DNA of 64,000 bases, taken from the NCBI GenBank assembly GCA_965250285.1, contig OZ252299.1:1408001-1472000 (forward strand). The letters run 5' to 3'. The notes beneath the pieces were generated by a model that made no database searches, was not told the origin of the DNA, and was given only the letters and a program-made list of their open reading frames with translations. The stretch is from Myxococcota bacterium (GTDB lineage Bacteria > Myxococcota_A > UBA9160 > UBA4427). Of the stretch, positions 45,660 through 55,740 are shown in pieces (the stretch's first letter is position 1; the number at the start of each line of letters is the position of its first letter). The translations under genes were made by a program, and so were the position numbers.

Positions 45660-48317
45660 TCAGAAGAAGTCGGGCAGGGTGGTGATGCCGACGCGGATGC
45701 CCCAGGTGCGCGGGGGCAGGTAGAAGCCCAGTACCGGTGCGCCAATGCCGGCGGGCGACACGAACAGGAAGTTGATCACGTCCTCGTCCGTCACGTTGTT
45801 CACGAAGCCGCGCACGATGTACACGCCGTCCTCGCTCGTCCAGTCGATCGACAGGTCGAGCTTGGCAAACGGATCCTGGCTGAAGCGTTCCTCGTTGAAC
45901 ACACGGTAGTAGGTGCGGCTCTGCGTCTGCATCTGCGCGCGGGGCGAGAAGGTGCCCCAGCGCTCGAGATCCCAGTCGTACTGAACGCCGAACGAGCCCG
46001 CGAAGCGGGGCGCCTTCTCGAGCGTGTTGCCCGTCAGGTCTTCGGGCGGTCCGCCCGCGCCGTCGGTGATCGGGTTGGCGGGATCGAAGAAGGTGGGATC
46101 CCGGAGGAACAGGTTCCGCACCTTGGCGTCGAGGAAGTTGAAGTGCCCGTTGAAGGTCAGGCCATCGACCGGCATCGCCACGACCTCGAGCTCGACGCCA
46201 CGACTCAGCGCCGAGCCATTGGTCTCGCACTCGAACTGCACGCCGATGATCTGGCACACCTGGAACGGGTCGTAGTCGGTCCAGAAGAGCGTCAGGTTCG
46301 CCGAGATTCGGCCATCCCAGAGCGCGTTCTTCGAGGTGAGCTCGTACTGGGTCACCTCTTCGGCTTCGTAGATGTCCGGGGTGTTCTGGATCGGATTGTC
46401 GGGGTTCGCGCCCAGGGTGAAACCGCCGGGCTTGTACCCCGTCGTGAAGCCGAAGGCGAGCGAGTTCGAGTCGGTGATCTCCCAGTCGGCCCCCGCCTCG
46501 TAGGTCCAGGCGCTGAAGGTCGTACTGCCGGTCTGATCGAACGAGCCCGTAATGTCGTTGATGGCGATGTAGTTCTGCTGGTTCGCGGCGCTGATCTCAA
46601 ACAGCTCCTGGTAGTAGTCGCCGCAGGGGGTGTCGTTCGGGATCGACGGGTCGCTCGGACGCTCCCCGGGCGGGGCATTCGTGTATCGGACGTTTCGCTG
46701 GTCGGCTTCCTTCTGCTCGTTGGAGTAGCGGACGCCGCCCTTGACCTTGAGGTTGTCGAGCACGCGGTAACCGAGGTTGCCGTACCAGGCGAGGCTGCGG
46801 TTGTGCAGGCTCTGGTCGGTGAACGCATCCGTCAGCGCCAAATCCTGCTGAGTGTCGAGGCACTGCGTGCCGTCGACGTTCTCGTCGAAGAAGAAGCCGC
46901 CGGTCTTGAAATCGAAGCGTTCGACGTCGGGTCGTTCGATGAAGGCCTCGACCGAGCCCTGATCGGCGACCAGCGTCGAGCCGAAGTACGAGTGCGGCGT
47001 ATTCGTGCCGTCGACGTCGAGGCGGTTCTCGCGGTCGGTTCGCACGTAGCCGCCGATCACGCCGATGCGCATGTCGCTGAACCAGCTGCTGTTCTGGAAG
47101 AACGGCAGATCCCAGTTGAAGTGCGCGACCGCGCTGCCCTGTCGATTGTCCTGAAAGCCGATGTCGTCGGCGTAGGTCACGAACGGGTCGTCGCTCTTGC
47201 AGAAACCGGGGTTCTCATTGGTGCACCCGGGGATCAGGAGCCGCTGAAGCTCCTCGGGAATGTTCGGGTTCAGCAGTGCGCCGGTGCGATCGAGGCGCTC
47301 GCCGAGCAGGTGTCGCGACGGGCCGATGCCCTTCTGGTAGTTGTAGCCGCCGATCAGTCTGAGCTCGATGCTCTCGTCGGCGAAGAGGCTGCGCGTCTGG
47401 AAGCGCGTGATCAGATCGTCCGCGTCCGAAGCGTCGAAGTTACGCACACCGTACGTGCGGTTCTCCTGATAGCCGTCCCGGTTCTCGTAGGTGACGGTCG
47501 AGCGGGTCATCAGCAGACCATCGGGCAGGATCGGCACGTTCAGGGCGCCGCGCAGCAGGATCTGGTCGAACGAGCCGTACTGGACGTCGCCCATGAAATC
47601 GAGATCCTCGGTCGGGCGCTGGGACGAGACCGCGATGCGGCCGCCGTTCGTGTTGTAGCCGCCGTTGATGCCCTGGGGACCGCGATAGACGCGCACGTTC
47701 TCGACGTCGTAGATGCGCACGGCGGCGGCCGTCGGACGTCCCTGGTGGATGCCGTCGACTTCGAAGCCGACGCCCGGGGTGCCCACCGTCGTGAGGTTGG
47801 CCGCGCCGACACCGCGCAGGGTGATGACCGGCTGCGAACCAAAGTTGCCGACGTGGAGAGAGGGTGTGTTGAGAGAGAGCGACGCGACCTCTTCGATGCC
47901 CATCGTGTCGAGATCGCTCTGGTCGAACTCGGTGATCGCGTCTGGAATGGCCTGTGCGGTGGCCTCCGAGGCCTTGCCGGTCACGACCAGCTCTTCGACG
48001 CCGTAGCCGAGCGAAGTCGGGTCGTCGAAGTTGTAGTCGTCCTCTTCGTCGCTGACTTCTTCGTCTTCTTCGTCGTCGTCGCTGCCGCCTTCTTCGGCGC
48101 GGTCGAACTCGGCGAAGAGATCGTCCTCGTCGTCTTCCTGCGCGGCGCTCGTCGTCGGCACGAGTAGGCCGATCGGAACGATCAGGAGCAGCAACGCGAG
48201 CCACTTCATCCAGTGTGCAACGCGCCGGCCCTGCGGCGTCGCGGCCGGGTCGGGAAGCACCGCGGCTGCAATCCGCTCCGGTTCGTTGATCTGCGTCGGC
48301 ATCGTCGAATCAGTCAT
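45660..48317 (-). CDS. TonB-dependent receptor (start may be 48209)
   Basis: TonB box VEELVVTG, plug motif ITLRGVG...VDG...DVENVRVYRGPQG, GYKPGGF, NNVTDE, PPRTWG, terminal Phe. Confidence 0.93.
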   Translation of the reverse strand: MTDSTMPTQINEPERIAAAVLPDPAATPQGRRVAHWMKWLALLLLIVPIGLLVPTTSAAQEDDEDDLFAEFDRAEEGGSDDDEEDEEVSDEEDDYNFDDPTSLGYGVEELVVTGKASEATAQAIPDAITEFDQSDLDTMGIEEVASLSLNTPSLHVGNFGSQPVITLRGVGAANLTTVGTPGVGFEVDGIHQGRPTAAAVRIYDVENVRVYRGPQGINGGYNTNGGRIAVSSQRPTEDLDFMGDVQYGSFDQILLRGALNVPILPDGLLMTRSTVTYENRDGYQENRTYGVRNFDASDADDLITRFQTRSLFADESIELRLIGGYNYQKGIGPSRHLLGERLDRTGALLNPNIPEELQRLLIPGCTNENPGFCKSDDPFVTYADDIGFQDNRQGSAVAHFNWDLPFFQNSSWFSDMRIGVIGGYVRTDRENRLDVDGTNTPHSYFGSTLVADQGSVEAFIERPDVERFDFKTGGFFFDENVDGTQCLDTQQDLALTDAFTDQSLHNRSLAWYGNLGYRVLDNLKVKGGVRYSNEQKEADQRNVRYTNAPPGERPSDPSIPNDTPCGDYYQELFEISAANQQNYIAINDITGSFDQTGSTTFSAWTYEAGADWEITDSNSLAFGFTTGYKPGGFTLGANPDNPIQNTPDIYEAEEVTQYELTSKNALWDGRISANLTLFWTDYDPFQVCQIIGVQFECETNGSALSRGVELEVVAMPVDGLTFNGHFNFLDAKVRNLFLRDPTFFDPANPITDGAGGPPEDLTGNTLEKAPRFAGSFGVQYDWDLERWGTFSPRAQMQTQSRTYYRVFNEERFSQDPFAKLDLSIDWTSEDGVYIVRGFVNNVTDEDVINFLFVSPAGIGAPVLGFYLPPRTWGIRVGITTLPDFF

Positions 48318-49320
48318 AGTTGGGGCTCAGGCGAATGCCGATCAGGATGCTGATGTTCAGGCCGCGATCGTAGGAGTAGTCCATTCGTTCGTCCGGCCCG
48401 GGCTGGACCGGCGCAAAGCCATTGAGCAACGTCGCAGTGGCGGACGTGTCGGACAGGGCGAAGCCGACGTAGGCGTCGGTGTAGAAGCCGAACTTGACCC
48501 ACTCGTTCTCGCCGATATCGACGTCGAGACCGATCCCCGGTGCGATGCCGTGGCTGACGAGATCTTGCGTCTCGAACAGCGGCGACCAGAGGCCGTTCGC
48601 CTGGTCTTGGGTGGGTCCGTCGGCGAAGTCGTAGACGGCACCGATCCCGGCCTTCGATCGGAAGTAGTTCACCGAGGTGTTGATGCGAATGTCGTAGAGG
48701 TCGATCGGCAGCAGGAACTCGGCACCAATCCCCACGAAGAGGGTGGTCTTGGGGTCGACGGTCTGTTCGACCCGCAAGAACTTGTCCTCGCTGTTCAGGG
48801 CGCCGAGGAAGTCCTGGGCACCGAGCCAGTTGACCCGCGGTACGCCATCGCTCGCGAGCGCGCTGTTGTCCTGACGCTGCAGCACGAGCGACGCATTGAT
48901 GAACAGGCGGGGCTTTGTCGGAACGTCGAACTCGGGCATGCGCAGTCGGCCGCCGAAGTTGAGCGCGCCGCCCGCGTAGATACCGTCCCACTCCCCCGAA
49001 GAGTCGACGCACGGGAAGAGGCCCGGAGGAGGCGGGTCAGGGCAGGTCGCAAAGGGGCTGTTGAGCGCACGCGTGCGGCCACTCAGGCTCGAGCTGGCCT
49101 TGTCCCACGTGATGCCCATGCCGATGATCGCGCTGGGTTCGTAGTTTCTCCAATCGCCCCAGTCCGACGGCTCTCGCCGCTTGCGTCGCGGCTTCGGCTG
49201 GCTCTCGCTCTCCGCATCCGCGCTGTCGCCGGCCGGTTCGTCTTGGGCCCACACAGGCAGCGCGATCGCGAGCACGAGGGTCGCGATCAGCAGGCGCAAA
49301 GCCGACTGCCAGGGGTTCAT
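48310..49320 (-). CDS. Secreted protein, probable outer-membrane beta-barrel
   Basis: Signal peptide (VWA|QD); alternating-hydrophobic strands (GIGAEFLLP, GIGLDVDIG, ILIGIRL); stop overlaps receptor start. Confidence 0.7.
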   Translation of the reverse strand: MNPWQSALRLLIATLVLAIALPVWAQDEPAGDSADAESESQPKPRRKRREPSDWGDWRNYEPSAIIGMGITWDKASSSLSGRTRALNSPFATCPDPPPPGLFPCVDSSGEWDGIYAGGALNFGGRLRMPEFDVPTKPRLFINASLVLQRQDNSALASDGVPRVNWLGAQDFLGALNSEDKFLRVEQTVDPKTTLFVGIGAEFLLPIDLYDIRINTSVNYFRSKAGIGAVYDFADGPTQDQANGLWSPLFETQDLVSHGIAPGIGLDVDIGENEWVKFGFYTDAYVGFALSDTSATATLLNGFAPVQPGPDERMDYSYDRGLNISILIGIRLSPNYD

Positions 49321-50044
49321 CGGGCGCTCTCCGGGAGATCGGGAGGGGACGTGGGCTGCGCACGTTAGCGGCATCGAGTCTCGCACGCACCGAGCCACGG
49401 CGAACCGGACGCCGAGGCGAGCAGCTGGGGCCTGCTCCCCATGGAAGTGACACGACCGGCCGGGCGCTGACCGGGTCCATGGTCGGGTCGCGATTCTGTC
49501 TGCTGGCGGCGAGGCCGGAGGGCGTGAGAGCGCGTGCTCTCGGCGATTCATGTCCCGCGCATCCCGGGATCGTGATCGCCTGCTCTGGACGGTCGGCTTT
49601 GCCGCAAGCCAAACGCCCGGGCTCGAGTGGCTGCAGGGACTCCACTCGACGTTCGGGCGCCCGCTAGCTTTAACCCATCGAGTCAGGTGCTGTCGAGCAC
49701 CACGTGTGGATTTCGTCGCAGTTCGATGTCGTTGGCCATGGTTCGAACGCTCGTTGGTCATCCCGGCGCGACGCGTACCCCGAGGCGGGCGCGTCGGCTC
49801 GCTCCGGCGGGGTGACCTCGAGTCGTGCGATGTGGTCGCTGAACACGGGACGCCGCGTCCCTCCATCGGCGACGCGCAGCATCGACGGTCATGGGCGGCT
49901 GCCTGCGCTTGTGCGTGGAGCTTCACCCCCAGCTCGGTCCGGCATGGTTCGCGACGCGGTGCGGCAGACCAACGGAAGCGTACGTGGGGGCCGTCCCCGC
50001 ACGTGCGACGTCCACCGTGCGCGGCCCGTGTGTATGCTGCGCGC

Positions 50045-51736
50045 ATGACGAACCGCCGCGGTCAGCTCTCGTTGGCGATGCTCGTCCTGTCGAGTGCCAC
50101 GATGATCGCGATGTCGGGGGCGCGGCTCGTCGCCGATGCTTCGTTCTGGGGGGACGAGGCCGCCATCGCGTACAACGTGATCTCGATGCGCCCCAGCGAG
50201 CTCATGGGCGCGCTCGACACCGGCCATCAATTTCCGCGTCTCTACCTGGGGCTGATCAACCAGCTGCGCTTGGCCGTGGGCTACGAGACGATCGTGATGC
50301 GGACGCTGCCGTTCGTGTTCTTCGTCGCCGGGGTCGTGCTCTGGCACCGACTGCTGTGGCTGCGCTTTCGGTCGAACCCGGGGCTCATCGCCCTCGGGTG
50401 CCTGCTCACCCTCGTGCCGGGCGATTGGTTCGCCTATGGCGCGATGTTCAAGCAGTACAGCCTCGACGTGCTCGTCGCACTGCTGCCCTTCCTGATCGCC
50501 GATTCGACCCTCGATCGCATGTGGCGTGACGGCGAGGGGCGCGGGCGCATCGCCTTGCAGGTGCTGCCCTGTCTCGTCTCGCTCAGCTACGGCATTGCGC
50601 TCCTCGGGCGCTGGGTCGGTTACGGGCTCGGATCGGCCCGCCGCCAGGGCGTACCGCCGACCGGGACCTGGGTGGGGCTCGCCGCGGGGCTCTCGGGTGC
50701 CATGGCGCTCAGCTATGGCATCGATCTGCGCCACGCCTTCGAGAACCGCATCGCCTTCGACTTCTGGGGCGCGCGCGGTTGCCTCGCCAGCGGCGATCCG
50801 GTCGCCGACGTCACGCTGATCGGCCGTTGGCTCGTCGACTGGTTCGTCGGCAAGAACCCGTTCGGCGGTCGCCTGCCCGTGCTCCCCGCAGTCGCGACCG
50901 GCTTGCTCGTCGCGGCGGGCGCCGGGGCCCTGCGCGTGATCGGCGAGCGGGTGCGACCGGGGGTTGGACCGGGCCCCGACCTCGAGGACGCCCGCGCCAC
51001 GTCGACGCCCCCTGGCGCTGTGGCGACGCCCCCTGGCGCTGCAGCGACGCCCCCTGGTGTCGCGTCGACGCTCCCTGGTGTCGCGGAGCGCGCCGCGTGG
51101 GGCACCCGATCGCTCTCCGCGGCCGCGACCGTGGGGGGCCTCTTCGCGGCGGGCCTGCTCCTTTCCTACCCGCTCTGCGCCAACCGACTCACGCTGTTTG
51201 CCTTCTTCTCTCTACTGCTGGTGACGCTCGAGGGGGTCGCGTGGGCGGGGGAGAGCCTCGCGCGGCGCGGTCGCGGCGCGTGGGCCGAGGCGATCCCGCT
51301 GATGATCGCGCTCGCAGTGGGCCCGAGCGCGGCGGCCACGGTCGAGGCGCTCCTGACGCAGGACGCGCCCGAGAATCTGCGTCCGCTGTTGGCGCAGATG
51401 GCGCGCGCGCCGCAACGAACGGTGGTCGTGGGCTACTGCAGCGCGCCGCAGGCATTGACGCTGCCCGAGTGGATCGAGCGCGACGACATCGTCTATGCCC
51501 ACGATCGCATGGCGGAGGGTCGTTTCCCCATCCCGGTCGACCAGGACGTCTGGCTCGTGACGACCGGCGGCGGTGAAGTCTGTCGCGCCTGGACGCAGCG
51601 CGTTCGCGAGCGGGCGACCCGTTTCGACGCGGTGACGCCAGCGGGCCGGGGCGCGATGCTGTTCAGCGTGCGTGTCGACGCTGCGGCCTCGAGCGGGGGC
51701 GCAACGCCGCAACCGGGCGTCGCGCGGCGCGACTAG
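50045..51736 (+). CDS. Multi-TM GT-C-like (PMT/ArnT-type) glycosyltransferase
   Basis: SFWGDEA after TM1, 'FP..Y', 'R..PF', KQYSLD motifs; many TM helices. Confidence 0.7.
   Translation: MTNRRGQLSLAMLVLSSATMIAMSGARLVADASFWGDEAAIAYNVISMRPSELMGALDTGHQFPRLYLGLINQLRLAVGYETIVMRTLPFVFFVAGVVLWHRLLWLRFRSNPGLIALGCLLTLVPGDWFAYGAMFKQYSLDVLVALLPFLIADSTLDRMWRDGEGRGRIALQVLPCLVSLSYGIALLGRWVGYGLGSARRQGVPPTGTWVGLAAGLSGAMALSYGIDLRHAFENRIAFDFWGARGCLASGDPVADVTLIGRWLVDWFVGKNPFGGRLPVLPAVATGLLVAAGAGALRVIGERVRPGVGPGPDLEDARATSTPPGAVATPPGAAATPPGVASTLPGVAERAAWGTRSLSAAATVGGLFAAGLLLSYPLCANRLTLFAFFSLLLVTLEGVAWAGESLARRGRGAWAEAIPLMIALAVGPSAAATVEALLTQDAPENLRPLLAQMARAPQRTVVVGYCSAPQALTLPEWIERDDIVYAHDRMAEGRFPIPVDQDVWLVTTGGGEVCRAWTQRVRERATRFDAVTPAGRGAMLFSVRVDAAASSGGATPQPGVARRD
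51002..51085 (+). repeat. 4 x 21-bp in-frame VNTR ((S/A)TPPG(A/V)(V/A))
   Basis: tcgacgccccctggcgctgtg / gcgacgccccctggcgctgca / gcgacgccccctggtgtcgcg / tcgacgctccctggtgtcgcg. Confidence 0.9.
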
Positions 51737-52791
51737 CCGTCGCCGAAGCCCAGCTGGCGCGGGTCGAGCTCGTTGATGAAGGGCGCCCCGCGAAGCCAAC
51801 GCCCCACGTTCTCGTGCACGATCTCGAACACGTCGTCCATGTAGCGATCGACCGAGGGCGCCGAGTGCGCCGTCAAGAGAACGCGGGGGTGCGTCCAGAA
51901 GCGGCTCTCCTGTGGCAGGGGCTCGGTCTCGAAGACATCGAGGGCCGCCCACTCGATCTGGCCGGCGTCGAGGGCCGCGAGCAGCGCCGCCTCGTCGACG
52001 AGGCTGCCACGTGCGACGTTGACGATCATCGCACCGGGCTTGATGGCCGCGAGCGCCTTCGCATCGATCAGATGCCGCGTCTCGGGCGTGGCCGGCGCGG
52101 CGATGACCACGACATCGCACTCGCCCAGCATGGCGTGCATCTCGGTGGCGGGATACAGCGCGTCGGTGGCGGGCGAAGTATCCCCCGGCTTCGCGGAGCG
52201 CTTGCTGCCGAGCACACGCGCGCCGAGGGCGCGCGCGCGCTCGGCCACCGCGACGCCGATGTGGCCGAGGCCGACGATGCCGACCACCGAGCCCGAGAAG
52301 GTGCGCCCGTAGGTCTGCTTCCAAAGCCCGTCGCGCTGCAGCGCATCGCTCTCGGGGAAGCGCTTCCAGACCTGCAGAATGCGTGCGATCACGAACTCGG
52401 AGATGCTCTTGGCGCCGATGCCCGACGCGTTCGTGAGTCGCACACCGTCGGCCGCGACGCCGGCCTTTGCGAACTGCTCGACGCCGGCGCCGATGCTCTG
52501 CACCCAGCGCAGGTTCGGCATGCGCCGCGGCAGATCATCGGGCGTCTGCAGCGCGACCAGTGCGTCGCTTCGGGCGAGGATCTCGCGCCGCGCCGCAGCG
52601 CAGCCCTCGCCCCAGGGCGGCGGTTCGGGGTAGGGCTCAATGGCTGGGCCAACCAGGAACGCGCCCCCGGTGTCGCTCGGGAGCGCCAGCGGCTCGAGTC
52701 GCGGGTCGAGCGCCCGCAGGGCCTCGAGTCGCTCGGGCTCGGCGAGCGGGGGCACGGCGATGCAGAGCACGAAGCTGTCGGGGTCGGGCAT
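51733..52791 (-). CDS. D-2-hydroxyacid dehydrogenase
   Basis: GLGHIG, VNVARG, LDVFETEPLP, TAHSA. Confidence 0.93.
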   Translation of the reverse strand: MPDPDSFVLCIAVPPLAEPERLEALRALDPRLEPLALPSDTGGAFLVGPAIEPYPEPPPWGEGCAAARREILARSDALVALQTPDDLPRRMPNLRWVQSIGAGVEQFAKAGVAADGVRLTNASGIGAKSISEFVIARILQVWKRFPESDALQRDGLWKQTYGRTFSGSVVGIVGLGHIGVAVAERARALGARVLGSKRSAKPGDTSPATDALYPATEMHAMLGECDVVVIAAPATPETRHLIDAKALAAIKPGAMIVNVARGSLVDEAALLAALDAGQIEWAALDVFETEPLPQESRFWTHPRVLLTAHSAPSVDRYMDDVFEIVHENVGRWLRGAPFINELDPRQLGFGDG

Positions 52792-53015
52792 GATGTTCTC
52801 CATCCGGTCGGGTTCGGTCGCGAGCCCGGCAACGTTGGCACCCGCGCGGTGCGCGAGCAACGGGCCGAGCCCGACCCGGATGGCTCAGCGCGTCAGCGAT
52901 GCCGGCAGCGCGCTGGTGTGCCCGGTATCGTGCCCCTTCGCCGTGCCGATCGACTCGGCCCGCGCCGCGGGCCTGTGGCAGTCGCACGCCGAGGCATCTC
53001 AAAAGGAAGAGTCCC

Positions 53016-54356
53016 ATGCCCCGTCCGCTCGATCGTCGCGTCGACCCGAAAGCCGACTACGAGAGCCGCCTCGTCGATGCATCCGAAGCGGCCAGTCTCG
53101 TCCGATCGGGTGATCTGGTGCTGATGCCGTCGAGCCATCAGTCGCCGCAGATCCTGGCGGCCCTGGCCGCACGCGAGGACGAGCTCGAGCGCGTGACCGT
53201 GCGCAGCGTCGTGATTCCGAACATGGGCTGGTTTCGTGAGGACGCGGCCAAGGCGTGGGATCTCCAGGTGCAGTTCGCGCTGGCGCCCGACAATCGCGCG
53301 GCGCTCGGTGAGCGTCTGATCGACTTTCACCCCTTCGCGATGGTCAGTCAGCACAAGGCCACCGATCATCGTCCCGACGAGGGGCGACCGATCGACGTGC
53401 TGATCCTCGTCGTATCGCCGCCCGACGAGCATGGCTTCGTATGCATCGGCAACGCCTGCTGGGACGCGGTCACGAGCGTGGCGCGGGCCGACCGCGTGCT
53501 CGTCGAGATCTCGCCGACGACGCCGCGCACCTGCGGCGACACGACGATTCACGTGTCGCAGATCGACGCCTTCGTGATGGGCGACCGCCCGAGGCTCGGC
53601 AGTCCCGATCCCGACCGGTCGAGCTTCGGCGAGGTCGATCGCCGCATCGCCGCGAACGTCAAATCGCTCGTGCGCGACGGCGACACGATCCAGCTGGGCC
53701 TCGGCTCACACACCGGCGCGCTGCCGTTGCTCGGCGCGTTCGACGACGCGAATGACCTCGGGTTCTTCAGCGAGCTGACGGTGCCCGGCACGGTGGCGCT
53801 CGCGGAGCGCGGCATCATCACCAGCCGGCACTGCGAAGTGCACCCGGGTCGCTTCGTCGCGTCGTGCATGGGGAACAGCCTCGAAGATTTCGACACGATC
53901 GACGGCAATCCGTTCTACGAGCTGCACTCGTACGAGCACACCAATGATCCCGTCGTCATCGCGCGGCACGAGCACATGCTCACATTGAACGGGGCGCTGA
54001 TGGTCGACCTCACCGGGCAGATCGGCGTCTACGCCATGGGGCCCCACGTCTACAGCGGAACCGGCGGGCAGCTCGCGTACCATATGGGAGCAACGCTCTC
54101 GAAGCAGGGGCGCGCCGTGACCGTGATCCCGTCGACGGCCAAGGGCGGCACGATCTCGTGCATCGTGCCGAGCTTCGAAGCGGGTCAGATCGTGTCGATC
54201 CCGCGCGAGTTCGCCGACACGATCGTCACCGACCACGGCATCGCACGGCTCTTCGGCAAGAGCGTGCGCGAGCGCGCCGAGCAGCTGATCGCGGCGGCCC
54301 ATCCCGACCACCGAGATGCTCTCGAGCAGGAGGCGCGCCGCCTGTACTGGCCGTAG
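53016..54356 (+). CDS. Acetyl-CoA hydrolase/transferase (4-hydroxybutyrate CoA-transferase-like)
   Basis: VSPPDEHG, DGDTIQLGLG, SE, VDLTGQ, SGTGGQ, VTDHGIA.L.GKS..ERA..LI..AHPD.R. Confidence 0.92.
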   Translation: MPRPLDRRVDPKADYESRLVDASEAASLVRSGDLVLMPSSHQSPQILAALAAREDELERVTVRSVVIPNMGWFREDAAKAWDLQVQFALAPDNRAALGERLIDFHPFAMVSQHKATDHRPDEGRPIDVLILVVSPPDEHGFVCIGNACWDAVTSVARADRVLVEISPTTPRTCGDTTIHVSQIDAFVMGDRPRLGSPDPDRSSFGEVDRRIAANVKSLVRDGDTIQLGLGSHTGALPLLGAFDDANDLGFFSELTVPGTVALAERGIITSRHCEVHPGRFVASCMGNSLEDFDTIDGNPFYELHSYEHTNDPVVIARHEHMLTLNGALMVDLTGQIGVYAMGPHVYSGTGGQLAYHMGATLSKQGRAVTVIPSTAKGGTISCIVPSFEAGQIVSIPREFADTIVTDHGIARLFGKSVRERAEQLIAAAHPDHRDALEQEARRLYWP

Positions 54357-54368
54357 GCCGGAACCGGC

Positions 54369-55505
54369 TCAGATGACGAATGCGAAGGCGTCGCGAAAGA
54401 CCTCGCGCGCGTCTCGCTCGACGAGCTTGCCGTGCGCGAGCACGATGCGTTCGAACTTCCACGCATGGATCGGCTCGAGGGATCGCGCCAGGGCTTCTCG
54501 ATCGACGCCGAGCTTGAAGTCGGTCGGCGGCGTCGGGCGCTGACTCATCTGCGCCAGATCCATCAGCAGCCGCGCGGATCGGGACAGTGCCTGCTCGGGA
54601 TGCCCGAGATTGATGAGCATGTCCGCGAGCACGAGCGTCGCCGAGCGGGGGTGGTAGACGGCGAGCTCCCCGTGCATCGGGTGGCCCTCGAAGGGCGCGA
54701 TCTCGACGTCGTGCGCGTCGAAGCCGAGCTGCTCGGGCTCGGCCGGCCACTCGAGAGCCGGTGCGAGATCGGGGCGTCGCGCCAGCAGGCCCGGGCCGGC
54801 GAGCAGCGCCGCGTCGGGGAACGCCTCGCGCCATGGGGACGCCCAGAGATGATGGAAAGGGTTCGGCGCGACGATGCATCGCGGCTCGCCGAGCTGCCGC
54901 ACCGACGCCTCGAGCGCGGGGTCGAGCGCGACCGGAGAGTGCAGCAGGAGCCCGCCGTCGCTGAGCCGAAGCACGGTCATGCGCGTCCCGAATTCGACGC
55001 CATAGAAGGTGAGCGGGCGTTCGACGAGCCACACCTCGTCCTTCACGTACTCGAAGAGCGGTGCGTCTTCGGCCGGCGGGCGGCTCGGCCGCGCCGCCCC
55101 GTTCGGGAGGGTGTCTTCTTCGCACTGCGGCCGACGCGGCGGCGGCAGGGTGCGCGCGACGGCGGCCGCGATGGCGATCGCGAGGGCCGAGATCGCTCCG
55201 AGCACCAGCACACCGAGCCACAGCAGTGCGCCGACGAAGGCGCCCGGGGTCGAAGTCGCGAGCAACAGGCCACACGCGATGGCCAGCACGAGCGGGGGCA
55301 GCAGCCACGGCAGCCAGACCCGGAACGTGCCCGGCGCAGCCTTGCCGATCCGCCGAGCGCCGGCGGGGCGTCCGTGCAGCAGCCACGCGAAGGCATGGCT
55401 CAAGACGTGGCCGACCACCGGCTGGTCGGTCAGCTCGGGCACCCGGTTGTCGGCGCTCGGCAGAGCGACGCCGGGCTTCGGACGGTCGGACGGATCGCGG
55501 CGCAT
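54369..55505 (-). CDS. DUF4336-like MBL-fold protein with N-terminal TM segments (start uncertain)
   Basis: TRMTVLRLSDGGLLLHSPV, APNPFHHL, TLVLAD, IVLAHG. Confidence 0.8.
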   Translation of the reverse strand: MRRDPSDRPKPGVALPSADNRVPELTDQPVVGHVLSHAFAWLLHGRPAGARRIGKAAPGTFRVWLPWLLPPLVLAIACGLLLATSTPGAFVGALLWLGVLVLGAISALAIAIAAAVARTLPPPRRPQCEEDTLPNGAARPSRPPAEDAPLFEYVKDEVWLVERPLTFYGVEFGTRMTVLRLSDGGLLLHSPVALDPALEASVRQLGEPRCIVAPNPFHHLWASPWREAFPDAALLAGPGLLARRPDLAPALEWPAEPEQLGFDAHDVEIAPFEGHPMHGELAVYHPRSATLVLADMLINLGHPEQALSRSARLLMDLAQMSQRPTPPTDFKLGVDREALARSLEPIHAWKFERIVLAHGKLVERDAREVFRDAFAFVI

Positions 55506-55740
55506 CGCTTCGATCGCTCCCGCATCGGTGAGGCTCGGGACACCTTGGCCGACGACTGCAGGCCGGTCAACGCAGAACGGCGACACAAGATGCGGCCGCG
55601 CAATTCGTTGCACCCCGGGGCGAGGGCGGCGTGTGGGTCGTCACACGGCGCGTGGGGTTCGGCGTCGATGCACGCCCGAGGGAAGACCCGCGTCGATTCG
55701 GGCGCGTCATCGTCGTGAGGGAGCTGCGTTGGGTCATTGG

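Noticed and set aside
49560..49620. c-di-GMP-I or cobalamin riboswitch upstream of the TonB operon
   Set aside because: Only a GCAAAGCC fragment on the - strand; the required conserved elements were not found
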